The notes under the pieces: model-generated
What the model was told of the DNA's origin: nothing
The model's database searches: none
Seen by the model: the letters and a program-made list of their open reading frames with translations, nothing else
Part shown: one piece after another, positions 25,001 to 36,810 of the stretch
How positions within the stretch are numbered: position 1 is the stretch's first letter
How the letters are laid out: every line of letters starts with the position of its first letter
DNA from: Malacoraja senta
Taxonomy: Eukaryota
DNA length: 64,000 nt
Assembly (NCBI GenBank): GCA_038087875.1
Contig: CM075987.1
Span: 22,880,001-22,944,000, forward strand
Reading direction: 5' to 3'
Position numbers and translations under genes: made by a program

Positions 25001-28000
25001 GTACCGAAGCCAATTAACCTACAAACCTGTATGTCATTGGAGCATGGGAGGAAACCGGAGCACCCAGGGAAAACCCACGCCGTCACAGGGAAAACGTACA
25101 AACTCCATACAGACAGCACCCGTAGTCAGGATCGAACTCGGGTCTCTGGCGCTGTAAGGCAGCAACTCTACCGCTGTGCCGCCCAAGAAAATCTTGCAAA
25201 GGATAGACAATATTTCACTAAAAACTAAACACTGGGCCATCATGGTGGAGTCACCCAGGGGTTCCACGCCCTCCTCGGGTCTGACACAAGAGGTACACAG
25301 TGAAGCATTCTCCATGCTGCCCCATTAATTCATATCATTGTGGCTTAAGTTAGGGGTTCTACCCATAGCTCGGTACCCACCCTTCAAAAGCTCCATCTTT
25401 AACCAGCGCCTTTTCCAAGCCTTGTTCTGTCGGGTTTGGATTTCCCGACGCTGCACCTTCCTGCCGCCGAGCAATGTTTCCAGCTTCTGGCCCCATCGCG
25501 GCTTCGATATCATCGGGGTCTACGTCATCAAACCAGATGTCAGGCCTGTCGGGAAAGAGAGTAAAGGCATGGAAATAAGATCAGTGCTGGGTTCCCTCAA
25601 CAGATGCTGCCTGACCCACTGAGTTCCTCCAGCAGATCTTTTACTCAAGGTTGCAGCATCTGCAGTCGTCCGTGTGTCCTGTACTGGCTTCTGCCTAGGG
25701 ACTACTCTACTTTCAGCCCCACTATTGGGGCAGCAGAGAAAATACAGAAGGGACAATTTGTACAATTAACCTAAAAGCAGGAAGAAACCGGAGCACCCAC
25801 ACGGTCACAAGAGAATGTGCAAACACCACACAGGCAGCACACATGGTCAGGATCGAACCTGGGTCTCTGGCGCTGTGAGGCTGCAGCTCTACCTGCTGCA
25901 CCGCCCATTTTAATCGGCGAGAACAACGTCACCATCATTTTCATCCCAGCACTTGAAATGACCGTCTCATCACTCTTTAACCTGTTCTATTCAAAGGGAA
26001 CCAAGTCGGGAAGATAGAGGTTGATCACTTTGCAAATACTCACGCAGGTGGTTTCTCAACTTCTGGTTCCACCTTTCTTCGTTTTCTCTGTTGAGGGCCA
26101 TAACCTTCCTCTGCCAGGCAATGGCCGTTCCTAACCCGCTTATTTTCCCTACGGTTAGTCCCCTGTTGTGCGTTCTTATCTAGTTTCAGTCCGTTTTCTC
26201 GCACTGGTGCACTTGTTGAAGAGGGTGGCTGGGTCTTCCTTTCTGCCCCTTTCTCAGGTTTGACCTGTTGACAATGTTTCTTTTCCTCCTTGGTGCTCGT
26301 CGGGTTTTTGCCGTCTGGAACTTTGTTCTCGTTTTCTGTCTTCTGATTCAGCAGCTAAAAAATTACAGGCAGTTACATGAATCGGTTGCCAGAGTTCGGG
26401 CTATCAGGGGTTATGGGGAGAAGGCAGGAGAATGGGGTTGAGAGGGACAGATAGATAGATACATAGATACATAGAAAATAGGTGCAGGAGTAGGCCATTT
26501 GGCTGATCATCCAACTCAGTATCCCGTACCTGCCTTCTCTCCATACCCCCTGATCCCTTTAGCCACAAGGGCCACATCTAACTCCCTCTTAAATATAGCC
26601 AATGAACTGGCCTCAACTACCCTCTGTGGCAGAGAGTTCCAGAGATTCACCACTCTCTGTGTGAAAAAGTTTTTCCTCATCTCGGTCTTAAAGGATTTCC
26701 CCCTTATCCTTAAGCTGTGACCCCTTGTCCTGGACTTCCCCAACATCGGGAACAATCTTCCTGCATCTAGCCTGTCCAACCCCATAAGAATTTTGAACGT
26801 TTCTATAAGATCCCCTCTCAATCTCCTAAATTCTAGCGAGTATAAGCCAAGTCTATCCAGTCTTTCTTCATATGAAAGTCCTGACATCCCAGGAATCAGT
26901 CTGGTGAACCTTCTCTGCACTCCCTCTATGGCTATAATGTCCATGATCAGCCATGATTGAATGGCAGAGTAGACTCGATGGGCCGAATGGCCCAATTCGG
27001 CTCCGATGTCTCATAAACTACCAACAGAGACATGCCACACTCCACTCAAATCCATAGTGTGACGGCGAAGTCTATTCATAGAACATAGAAAAGTAAAGCA
27101 CGGGGACAGGCCCTGTGCCCCTAAATGTCTGTGCGGAACATGATCCCAAGTTAGACTAATCTCGTATGCCTGTACTTGATACATATCCCCGCATAACCAA
27201 GTGACTCTCTAAAAGCCTCTTCAATACCACTATCGTATCTGCCTCCATCCACCACCCCCTTTTCAAACAAAAAGGCGGAACTTTTCTTGATAATACAATA
27301 CAATACAATACCGTTTATTGTCATTTAAACCTCAAATGAAGTTCAAACGAAATTTGGTTTCTGCCGTCATACAACAGGAAGAAACCCCAAGACACACAAT
27401 TAACCCAATTTACACAAACATCCATCACAGTGAATCTCCTCCTCACTGTGATGGAAGGCAAAGTCATTGTCTCTCCCCTGTTTTCCATTCTTCTCCCGAT
27501 GTTAAAGCCCCCGGTGGGTGATGGCAAGTCCCGCGGCCGTTAAAGCCGCGCTGGGCGATGTAAGGCCCCGCTCCGGGTCGTTTTCAACCCCGCAATTCGG
27601 GCGGGAGAAGTTGCCGTTGCGGGAGCTCCGAAAGGCGGTCTCCCACCAGGGACCCGCGAGCTCCTGATGTCACTGTCCACCGGGCCTGCGGCTGGAGCCT
27701 CCGAAGCTCCGAAGTCGGGCCGCAGCCGCACGCCACCACAGCTCTCCACGCTCCGAAGCCAGCCAGCTCCACGATGGTGAGTCCGCAGGCTCCGCGACTG
27801 GAGCCCCCAGGTCGTTCGGGTTGGAGGCCGCTCCACGGTGCTAGGCCCCAACGACAACGGAGACCCGACAGGGAAAAGGTCGGGTCCCCGTACAGGGAAG
27901 AGATTTAAACGTTCTACCCCCCCCGCCCCCCACATATACACAGCTAAAAACAATATATAAACTACAACCAAACTATACACCCAACAGGACAAAAATTTAA

Positions 28001-28438
28001 AAAAAGACAGACGGACTGCAGAGGCCGCTGCCGCGAGGCGCCGCCATCACAGACACATTTTGTCAACAATCCATGCACAAGTCCATACAACCTCCCTACA
28101 GCCATAGTAGTAAGCTCCCAAGATTGGCTCAGGGCCACAGTTTTAGCCAAAGGTTTTATTTGGATGAAAGTTAATGTTTGGCATGATGTTTCTTAATTCA
28201 GTTTCTGACACTTGCAGTGTTCTGCATCTTTGTATATTTATTTAACCCATACCTGCTGCAGTGCCTTCCAGTTGGTGGAGTAATCAGCACCATCTCCCGG
28301 AGGCAATATTGGTTCAGTCTTTTTGGTAGCACCTTTCTCCTTGGCCCAGAATTTCTTCCTCTTCTTGTTCTTCTTTTGGTGACCCTGGGCAGATCCAGTA
28401 GGGACCACGCTGTCCGCCTGCAGATCAGTCTTTGCCAT
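18914..28438 (-). CDS. REXO4: REXO4 (RNA exonuclease 4, DEDDh 3'-5' exonuclease), complete CDS in 8 exons, 1245 nt / 414 aa
   Basis: Exons 28438-28253, 26354-26044, 25545-25381, 24719-24526, 23386-23298, 20351-20277, 19576-19502 and 19063-18914 join in frame. Diagnostic motifs: [77 protein letters not shown]. Catalytic D-E-D-H-D residues are intact. Confidence 0.96.
19502..19576 (-). CDS. REXO4: REXO4 exon ([25 protein letters not shown])
   Basis: Acceptor ttctttgcag, donor gtgagt; 75 nt, phase 0-0. Confidence 0.95.
19783..19997. mobile_element. Short palindromic Penelope-derived element (representative; similar copies at ~268, 5590, 18330, 22213, 29210, 35346, 37381, 40685, 47272, 48803, 49440, 51715)
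   Basis: Inverted arms tgctggagtaactc...ggaatgggtgacgtttcgggtcg; 14-bp TSD tctgacaggatcaa at 19769-19782 and 19998-20011. Confidence 0.78.
19849..19876 (-). ncRNA. Minimal hammerhead-ribozyme-like core in a Penelope pLTR
   Basis: Minus strand reads CUGAAGA-A-GGGUC-CC-GACCC-GAAAC-GUC: conserved boxes, stem II and a palindromic ACGU minimal stem III; stem I is not evident. Confidence 0.5.
20277..20351 (-). CDS. REXO4: REXO4 exon ([25 protein letters not shown])
   Basis: Acceptor tttcctacag, donor gtaagt; 75 nt, phase 0-0. Confidence 0.95.
20785..21017 (-). mobile_element. CR1 3' tail fragment
   Basis: Same tail sequence as the 11808 element. Confidence 0.8.
21040..21720 (+). mobile_element. 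Highly decayed Penelope-like ORF fragment
   Basis: Degenerate similarity to 51975-52170 near 21600-21720; DRVP-like linker near 21170. Confidence 0.45.
23298..23386 (-). CDS. REXO4: REXO4 exon with ExoII motif ([30 protein letters not shown])
   Basis: Acceptor attttcag, donor gtcagt; 89 nt, phase 1-0. Confidence 0.96.
24526..24719 (-). CDS. REXO4: REXO4 exon with ExoI motif ([15 protein letters not shown]...[10 protein letters not shown])
   Basis: Acceptor ctttctcag, donor gtaaga; 194 nt, phase 2-1. Confidence 0.97.
25381..25545 (-). CDS. REXO4: REXO4 exon ([21 protein letters not shown]...LVKDGAFEG)
   Basis: Acceptor ctttcccgacag, donor gtgggt; 165 nt, phase 2-2. Confidence 0.95.
26044..26354 (-). 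CDS. REXO4: REXO4 exon (LLNQKTENE...[15 protein letters not shown]), low-complexity basic linker
   Basis: Acceptor tttttag, donor gtgagt; 311 nt open in frame, phase 0-2. Confidence 0.9.
26455..26943 (-). mobile_element. CR1 LINE 3' fragment nested in an older, opposite-strand CR1 tail
   Basis: [11 protein letters not shown]...[11 protein letters not shown]...[10 protein letters not shown]. Confidence 0.88.
27290..28048 (-). mobile_element. CpG-rich non-autonomous retroelement (copy 2)
   Basis: High similarity to 4064-4893; (tattg)n tail on the minus strand. Confidence 0.75.
28253..28438 (-). CDS. REXO4: REXO4 first coding exon (MAKTDLQ...[10 protein letters not shown]...NWKALQQ)
   Basis: ATG at 28438-28436; donor gtatgg; 186 nt, phase 0 end. 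Confidence 0.88.
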
Positions 28439-28510
28439 AGTGTACAGGCCAGGCACTTGTCCTCAAAGCCAGGGTGTTGTCTCTACACACAGGACATTGC
28501 ACATTATTCT

Positions 28511-28805
28511 TAGTTTAGTTTAGAGATACAGCGCGGAAACAGGCCCTTCGGCCCACCGAGTCCGCACTGACCCGCACACTAACACTATCCTATACACCAG
28601 GGAAAATTTACAATTTCACTGAAGCCAATTAGCCTACAAACCTGTACGTCTTTAGAGCGTGGGAGGAAACCGGAGCACCCGGAGAAAACCCACGCAGGTC
28701 ACAGGGAGAACATACAAACTCCATACAGACAGCATCCATAGTCAGGATTGAACCCGGGTCTCTGGCGCTGCAAGACAGCAACTCTACCGCTACGCCACTG
28801 TGCCA
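28511..28805 (-). mobile_element. HE1/V-SINE-like SINE just upstream of the REXO4 first coding exon
   Basis: Same consensus as 2745-3066. Confidence 0.85.
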
Positions 28806-30079
28806 ACCTAATATTCATTTTATGAATCACACTTATCCATGTGGGCACTCTATCTAAATAGTCCAAATGTTGCCTCACTCTCTTTCCTCTTATCCCTTCA
28901 TATTGTTCTTTCTTACGTATTTTTTATAATTCCCTTCCATTTAAAAAGCTGTAACCGATTCATTTTTCTCCTGTCTTTCAGGCAGAGCATGCCAGATCAG
29001 AGCCACACAAAACAATTCTTAGCTGCTCTCTGGCAATTTTTGCTAACTATAAACTAACTAACTGAAATCCATGCCTTCCGATTATCTAAAAAGACACAAA
29101 GTGCTGGAGGAACTCAGTGGTCAGGCAGCATCTCTGCAGAACATGGATAGGCAATGTTTCTGGATGGGACCCTTATTCGGACTCCTAAGCCACCCCTTGT
29201 TTAATGTAAGATAGACACAAAATGCTGGAGTAACTCAGCGGGACAGGCAGCATCTCTGGATAGAAATATGTGACATTTCAGATCGAGACCCTTCTTCTGA
29301 CTGAGAGTCAGGGGAGAGGGAGACACCGTGATAAGGAAGGGTAATGTGTGTGAAAACTAGACATCAAAAGAGATGAAGTTCAAGCTATCTGTGTTCTCCG
29401 GAGATATTGCCTGACCCGCTGATGTGCTCCAGCACTTTGTGCCCTATTTTGTAAATGAGCATCTGCAGTTCCTTGTCTCCTTCAGATTATCAATCTTTGT
29501 GTGTGTTTTTATGTTTATTCTATAGAAGCACTTGGTTGGAATTGGTTTGATTATATTTCTCCGATCTGTATGGATAGCCTGGCAAAACAAAGCTTTTCAC
29601 TGTACCTCAGTACATGTGACAATAATCAATTTAAACCTTGCTGCGGTTTACAAAAAAGGCACAAAGCGCTGGAGTAACTCAGCGTGTCAGGCAGCATCGG
29701 AGAACATGGATGGGTGATGTGTAGAAAGGAACAGCAGATGATGGTTTAAACCGAAGATAGACTCAAAACGCTGAGACCCCTTCTTGCTCTGGGACATCTG
29801 GGCAAACCAGAGGGCAGTGGGCTGACAGTTGTCCAGCAGTTTCAGTCCGTGCATCCCCTGGAATAACACAGACACACACACATTCCCGTGGTGGGCTACA
29901 GCTGTCACGGACAAGCCTCCACATGGACGCCTGCACTTCTTACACGGAGCTGCTGGGCTTGAGGAGAGGCAACGGACACCACGCGCTGCCCTTCACCCCA
30001 TTAGCCATTCGCTGCCTCAGCCCCTTTCCCCCACACCCCCAGCTCCCACATTCCGCCCGCTGCCCCCACCCCACAACTT

Positions 30080-33000
30080 CAGCCTCCTGCTCCCAGCCCC
30101 TTGCTCTCTTCCCAGCCCCCTGTCCCCTGCTCCTTTCCCAGCCCCAACTCCCTGCCCCCAGCTCCCTGCCCCGTTCCCAGCTCCCTGCCCCCTGTTCCCA
30201 GCTCCCTGCCCCAGCTCCCTGCCCCCTGCTCCCTGACCCAGCTCCCTGCCCCCAGCTCCCTGCCCCCAGCTCCCTGTCCCCTGCTCCCTGCCCCCAGCTC
30301 CCTGACCCCTACTCCCTGTTCCCTGACCCCTGCTCCCAGCTCCCTGCCCCCTGCTCCCAGCTCCCTGCCCCCTACTCCCAGCTCCCTGACCCCTACTCCC
30401 TGTTCCCTGACCCCTGCTCCCAGCTCCCTGCCCCCCTACTCCCAGCTCCCTGCCCCCTGCTCCCCAGCTCCCTGCCCCCTGCTCCCAGCTCCCTGCCCCC
30501 TACTCCCAGCTCCCTGCCCCCTACTCCCAGCTCCTGCCCCCTACTCCCAGCTCCCTGCCCCCTACTCCCAGCTCCCTGCCCTGCTCCCAGCTCCCTGCCC
30601 CCTGCTCCCAGCTCCCTGCCCCCTACTCCCAGCTCCCTGCCTCCTACTCCCAGCTCCCTGCCCCCTACTCCCAGCTCCCTGCCCCCAGCTCCCTGCCCCC
30701 TGCTCCCAGCTCCCTGCCCCCTGCTCCCAGCTCCCTGCCCCCTACTCCCAGCTCCCTGCCCCCTACTCCCAGCTCCCTGCCCCCTACTCCCAGCTCCCTG
30801 CCCCCTACTCCCAGCTCCCTGCTCCCTGCCCCCTACTCCCAGCTCCCTGACCCCTGCTCCCAGCTCCCTGCCCCTGCTCCCAGCTCCCTGCCCCCTACTC
30901 CCAGCTCCCTGCCCCCTACTCCCAGCTCCCTGCCCCCTACTCCCAGCTCCCTGCCCCCTACTCCCAGCTCCCTGCCCCCTACTCCCAGCTCCCTGCCCCC
31001 TACTCCCAGCTCCCTGCCCCCTACTCCCAGCTCCCTGACCCCTGCTCCCAGCTCCCTGACCCCTGCTCCCAGCTCCCTGCCCCCTGCTCCCTGCCCCTGC
31101 TCCCAGCTCCCTGCCCCCTGCTCCCAGCTCCCTGCCCCCTGCTCCCAGCCCCCTACTCCCAGCTCCCTGCCCCCTACTCCCAGCTCCCTGCCCCCTACTC
31201 CCAGCTCCCTGCCCCCTACTCCCAGCTCCCTGCCCCCTGCTCCCAGCTCCCTGCCCCCTACTCCCAGCTCCCTGCCCCCTACTCCCAGCTCCCTGCCCCC
31301 TACTCCCAGCTCCCTGCCCCCTACTCCCAGCTCCCTGCCCCCTACTCCCAGCTCCCTGCCCCCTGCTCCCAGCTCCCTGCCCCCCACTCCCAGCTCCCTG
31401 CCCCCTACTCCCAGCTCCCTGCCCCCTACTCCCAGCTCCCTGCCCCCTACTCCCAGCCCCCTACTCCCAGCTCCCTGCCCCCTGCTCCCAGCTCCCTGCC
31501 CCCTACTCCCAGCTCCCTGCCCCCTACTCCCAGCTCCCTGCCCCCTACTCCCAGCTCCCTGCCCCCTACTCCCAGCTCCCTGCCCCCTACTCCCAGCTCC
31601 CTGCCCCCTACTCCCAGCTCCCTGCCCCCTACTCCCAGCTCCCTGCCCCCTACTCCCAGCCCCCTACTCCCAGCTCCCTGCCCCCTACTCCCAGCCCCCT
31701 ACTCCCAGCTCCCTGCCCCCTACTCCCAGCTCCCTGCCCCCTACTCCCAGCTCCCTACTCCCAGCTCCCTGCCCCTACTCCCAGCCCCCTACTCCCAGCT
31801 CCCTGCCCCCTACTCCCAGCTCCCTGCCCCCTACTCCCAGCCCCCTACTCCCAGCTCCCTGCCCCCTACTCCCAGCCCCCTACTCCCAGCTCCCTGCCCC
31901 CTACTCCCAGCTCCCTGCCCCCTACTCCCTGCTCCCTGCCCCCTACTCCCAGCTCCCTGCCCCCTACTCCCAGCCCCCTACTCCCAGCTCCCTGCCCCCT
32001 ACTCCCAGCCCCCTACTCCCAGCTCCCTGCCCCCTACTCCCAGCTCCCTGCCCCCTACTCCCAGCTCCCTGCCCCCTACTCCCAGCTCCCTGCCCCCTAC
32101 TCCCAGCCCCCTACTCCCAGCTCCCTGCCCCCTACTCCCAGCTCCCTGCCCCCTACTCCCAGCCCCCTACTCCCAGCTCCCTGCCCCCTACTCCCAGCCC
32201 CCTACTCCCAGCTCCCTGCCCCCTACTCCCAGCCCCCTACTCCCAGCTCCCTGCCCCCTACTCCCAGCTCCCTGCCCCCTACTCCCAGCTCCCTGCCCCC
32301 TACTCCCAGCTCCCTGCCCCCTACTCCCAGCTCCCTGACCCTGCTCCCAGCTCCCTGCCCCCTACTCCAGCTCCCTGACCCCTGCTCCCAGCTCCCTGCC
32401 CCCTACTCCCGCCCCCTACTCCCTGCCCCTACTCCCAGCTCCCTGACCCCTGCTCCCAGCTCCCTGCCCCCTACTACCTGCCCCCTACTCCCAGCTCCCT
32501 GCCCCCTACTACCTGACCCCTGCTCCCAGCTCCCTGCCCCCTACTACCAGCCCCCTACTCCCTGCCCCCTACTCCCAGCTCCCTGACCCCTGCTCCCAGC
32601 TCCCTGCCCCCTACTCCCAGCCCCCTACTCCCAGCCCCCTACTCCCAGCTCCCTGCCCCCTACTCCCAGCCCCCTACTCCCAGCTCCCTGCCCCCTACTC
32701 CCAGCTCCCTACTCCCAGCTCCCTGCCCCCTACTCCCAGCCCCCTACTCCCAGCCCCCTACTCCCAGCTCCCTGCCCCCTACTCCCAGCCCCCTACTCCC
32801 AGCTCCCTGCCCCCTACTCCCAGCCCCCTACTCCCAGCCCCCTACTCCCAGCTCCCTGCCCCCTACTCCCAGCCCCCTACTCCCAGCCCCCTACTCCCAG
32901 CCCCCTACTCCCAGCTCCCTGCCCCCCTACTCCCAGCCCCCTACTCCCAGCTCCCTGCCCCCTACTCCCAGCCCCCTACTCCCAGCCCCCTACTCCCAGC

Positions 33001-35082
33001 TCCTGCCCCCTACTCCCAGCCCCCTACTCCCAGCCCCCTACTCCCAGCTCCCTGCCCCCTACTCCAGCTCCCTACTCCCAGCTCCCTGCCCCTACTCCCA
33101 GCCCCCTACTCCCAGCCCCCTACTCCCAGCTCCCTGCCCCCTACTCCCAGCCCCCTACTCCCAGCTCCCTGCCCCCTACTCCCAGCTCCCTACTCCCAGC
33201 TCCCTGCCCCCTACTCCCAGCCCCCTACTCCCAGCCCCCTACTCCCAGCTCCCTGCCCCCTACTCCCAGCCCCCTACTCCCAGCTCCCTGCCCCCTACTC
33301 CCAGCCCCCTACTCCCAGCCCCCTACTCCCAGCCCCCTACTCCCAGCCCCCTACTCCCAGCTCCCTGCCCCCTACTCCCAGCCCCCTACTCCCAGCTCCC
33401 TGCCCCCTACTCCCAGCTCCCTGCCCCCTACTTCCAGCTCCCTGCCCCCTACTCCCAGCCCCCTACTCCCAGCCCCCTACTCCCAGCTCCCTGCCCCCTA
33501 CTCCCAGCCCCCTGCCCCCTACTCCCAGCTCCCTACTCCCAGCTCCCTGCCCCCTACTCCCAGCCCCCTACTCCCAGCCCCCTACTCCCAGCTCCCTGCC
33601 CCCTACTCCCAGCCCCCTACTCCCAGCTCCCTGCCCCCTACTCCCAGCTCCCTACTCCCAGCTCCCTGCCCCCTACTCCCAGCTCCCTACTCCCAGCTCC
33701 CTGCCCCCTACTCCCAGCTCCCTACTCCCAGCCCCCTACTCCCTACTCCCAGCCCCCTACTCCCAGCCCCCTACTCCCAGCCCCCTACTCCCAGCCCCCT
33801 ACTCCCAGCTCCCTGCCCCCTACTCCCAGCCCCCTACTCCCAGCTCCCTGCCCCCTACTCCCAGCTCCCTACTCCCAGCTCCCTGCCCCCTACTCCCAGC
33901 CCCCTACTCCCAGCTCCCTGCCCCCTACTCCCAGCTCCCTACTCCCAGCTCCCTGCCCCTACTCCCAGCCCCCTACTCCCAGCCCCCTACTCCCAGCTCC
34001 CTACTCCCAGCTCCCTGCCCCCTACTCCCAGCCCCCTACTCACAGCCCCTACTCCCAGCCCCCTACTCCCAGCCCCCTACTCCCAGCTCCCTGCCCCCTA
34101 CTCCCAGCCCCCTACTCCCTGCCCCCTACTCCCTACTCCCTGACCCCTACTCCCAGCCCCCTACTCCAGCTCCCTACTCCCAGCTCCCTACTCCCAGCCC
34201 CCTACTCCCAGCCCCCTACTCCCAGCCCCCTACTCCCTACTCCCAGCCCCCTACTCCCAGCCCCCTACTCCCAGCCCCCTACTCCCAGCTCCCTGCCCCC
34301 TACTCCCAGCCCCCTACTCCCCAGCTCCCTGCCCCCTACTCCCAGCTCCCTACTCCCAGCTCCCTGCCCCCTACTCCCAGCCCCCTACTCCCAGCTCCCT
34401 GCCCCCTACTCCCAGCTCCCTACTCCCAGCTCCCTGCCCCCTACTCCCAGCCCCCTACTCCCAGCCCCCTACTCCCAGCTCCCTACTCCCAGCTCCCTGC
34501 CCCCTACTCCCAGCCCCCTACTCCCTGCCCCCTACTCCCAGCCCCCTACTCCCAGCTCCCTGCCCCCTACTCCCAGCTCCCTGCCCCTACTCCAGCTCCC
34601 TGCCCCTGCCCCCTACTCCCAGCTCCCTGCCCCCTACTCCCAGCTCCCTGCCCCCTACTCCCAGCTCCCTGCCCCCTGCCCCCTACTCCCAGCTCCCTGC
34701 CCCCTACTCCCAGCTCCCTGCCCCCTGCCCCCTACTCCCAGCTCCCTGCCCCCTCTCCCAGCTCCCTACTCCCAGCTCCCTGCCCCCTACTCCCTGCCCC
34801 CTACTCCCAGCCCCCTACTCCCAGCCCCCTACTCCCTGCCCCCCCCCTACTCCCAGCCCCCTACTCCCAGCCCCCTACTCCCTGCCCCCTACTCCCTGCC
34901 CCCTACTCCCTGCCCCCTACTCCCAGCCCCCTACTCCCTGCCCCCTACTCCCTGCCCCCTACTCCCAGCCCCCTACTCCCAGCCCCTACTCCCAGCCCCC
35001 TACTCCCTGCCCCCTACTCCCTGCCCCCTACTCCCAGCCCCTACTCCCAGCCCCCCTACTCCCAGCCCCCTACTCCCAGCTC
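30080..35082. repeat. ~5-kb C-rich minisatellite built from 7-mers (cccccta / ctcccag / ctccctg); main units 21 and 14 bp
   Basis: Directly visible tandem array running into the gap. Confidence 0.97.
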
Positions 35083-35282
35083 NNNNNNNNNNNNNNNNNN
35101 NNNNNNNNNNNNNNNNNNNNNNNNNNNNNNNNNNNNNNNNNNNNNNNNNNNNNNNNNNNNNNNNNNNNNNNNNNNNNNNNNNNNNNNNNNNNNNNNNNNN
35201 NNNNNNNNNNNNNNNNNNNNNNNNNNNNNNNNNNNNNNNNNNNNNNNNNNNNNNNNNNNNNNNNNNNNNNNNNNNNNNNNNN
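35083..35282. other. Assembly gap (200 N)
   Basis: Run of exactly 200 N, probably a placeholder of unknown true size. Confidence 0.99.
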
Positions 35283-36526
35283 GCTCGGCCCTTCGAGCCA
35301 GCACCGCCATTCAATATGTTCATGGCTGATCATCCAGAATCAGTAGTTAGACAAAATTGCTGGAGAAACTCAGCGGGTGCGGCAGCATCTCTGGAGCGGA
35401 GGAAATAGGCAACGTTTCGGGCCGAAACCCTTGGGTTTCGGCCCGAAACGTTGCCTATTTCCTTAAGGGTTATTTCCTTAAGGGTTGCCTATTCCCTTAA
35501 GGGTTTAGGCCCAAAACGTTGCCTATTTCCTTCGCTCCATAGATGCTGCCTCACCCGCTGAGTTTCTCCAGCAATTTTGTCTACCTTCGATTTTCCAGCA
35601 TCAGCATTTTCCTTCTTGAACATCCAGAATCAGTAACCCCGTTCCTGCTTTCTCCCATATCCCTTGATTCCGTTAGCCCTAAGAGCTATACATATCTAAC
35701 TCTCTCTTGAATACATCCAATGAATCGGCCTCCTGCGGCAGAGAATTCCACATATTCACAACTCCCTGGGTGAAAAAGGCTTTTCCTCATCTCGGTCCTG
35801 AACGGCCTACCCCTTATTCTTAAACTGTGACCCCCCTGGTTCTGGACTCCCCCAACATAGGCAGGTCATGGTCTATGGGCCAGGAGTCATGCTGAGGCAA
35901 GGATGTTGTCGTCACAAGGCCGGGTGGACAACTGCGGTCGCGCCCATGGTCCATGGAGACACTTTTGGTGGGATTTTGAAGGAGAGCTGAAGAGTGAGAG
36001 GGACATTCCTCAACGAACACTCCACGTATGTTGAACCAGTCGTAAAGGTTGGAGGCTCAAATTGGTTGGTCTGTACCGAGGTAGCTTTGTGTTGTCAATC
36101 GGGCGGTACCAAAGAAACGCTGATACTTTCTTTAACTTGTGTTCCTGTCTGTCCTCACCTCAAAAAAAAAGATTCCACATTGGTACCTTGCGAAAGGCCA
36201 TCTCCCTGACTTTTTGGGCTATTATCTTTAATCTTTCAATCAACAGCACTAAAGTCGATGGCCATCTCCATTTATCTCATCACTGTTTCTATGAGTTTCC
36301 AAGGCACAATTCTCTGCCTGATTTTGATATGTGACCATTATTTGTGGCACTGTGGCTCAGATGCTAGAGTTGCTGCTTTTACAGCGCCAGAGACCCTGGT
36401 TTGATCCTGACCACAGAGTTTGTACGTTCTCCCTGTGACCGCGTGGGTTTTCTCCAGTTTCCTCCCGCGCTCCAAAGACGTACTTGGAGGTTTGTAGGTT
36501 AATGGTCTTCGGTAAAAATTGTGTTA

Positions 36527-36810
36527 AGGCCCTGTCCCACGATGCGAGTTTACCCAAGAGCTCTCCCGAGTTTAAAAAAAATAATCAAAACTCGTGGTAA
36601 GTACGTGGAATGTACGTAGTGGCTACGTCGAAGCTCGTGGATGTCTCGTAGCGACTCGTAATGCTAACGGCAGGTACTCGGGAGACGCGGAAACTCGTGA
36701 AGTTTATTCAACAGTGTGAAAAATGTCCAAGAGTAAAAAAATACTCGTGATGAAGTACCACGAGATTGATTTTTTTTTTGGGTTGAACTCGCATCGTGGG
36801 ACATGGGGCG
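36527..36810. mobile_element. PIF/Harbinger-like MITE inserted into a SINE
   Basis: TIR tgtcccacgatgcgagtt / aactcgcatcgtgggaca; SINE sequence continues on both sides. Confidence 0.7.

Noticed and set aside
29829..31387. Long Pro/Leu/Cys- or Gly-rich ORFs (371, 249 and 184 aa)
   Set aside because: They are translations of the stop-poor minisatellite, with no splice or domain support.
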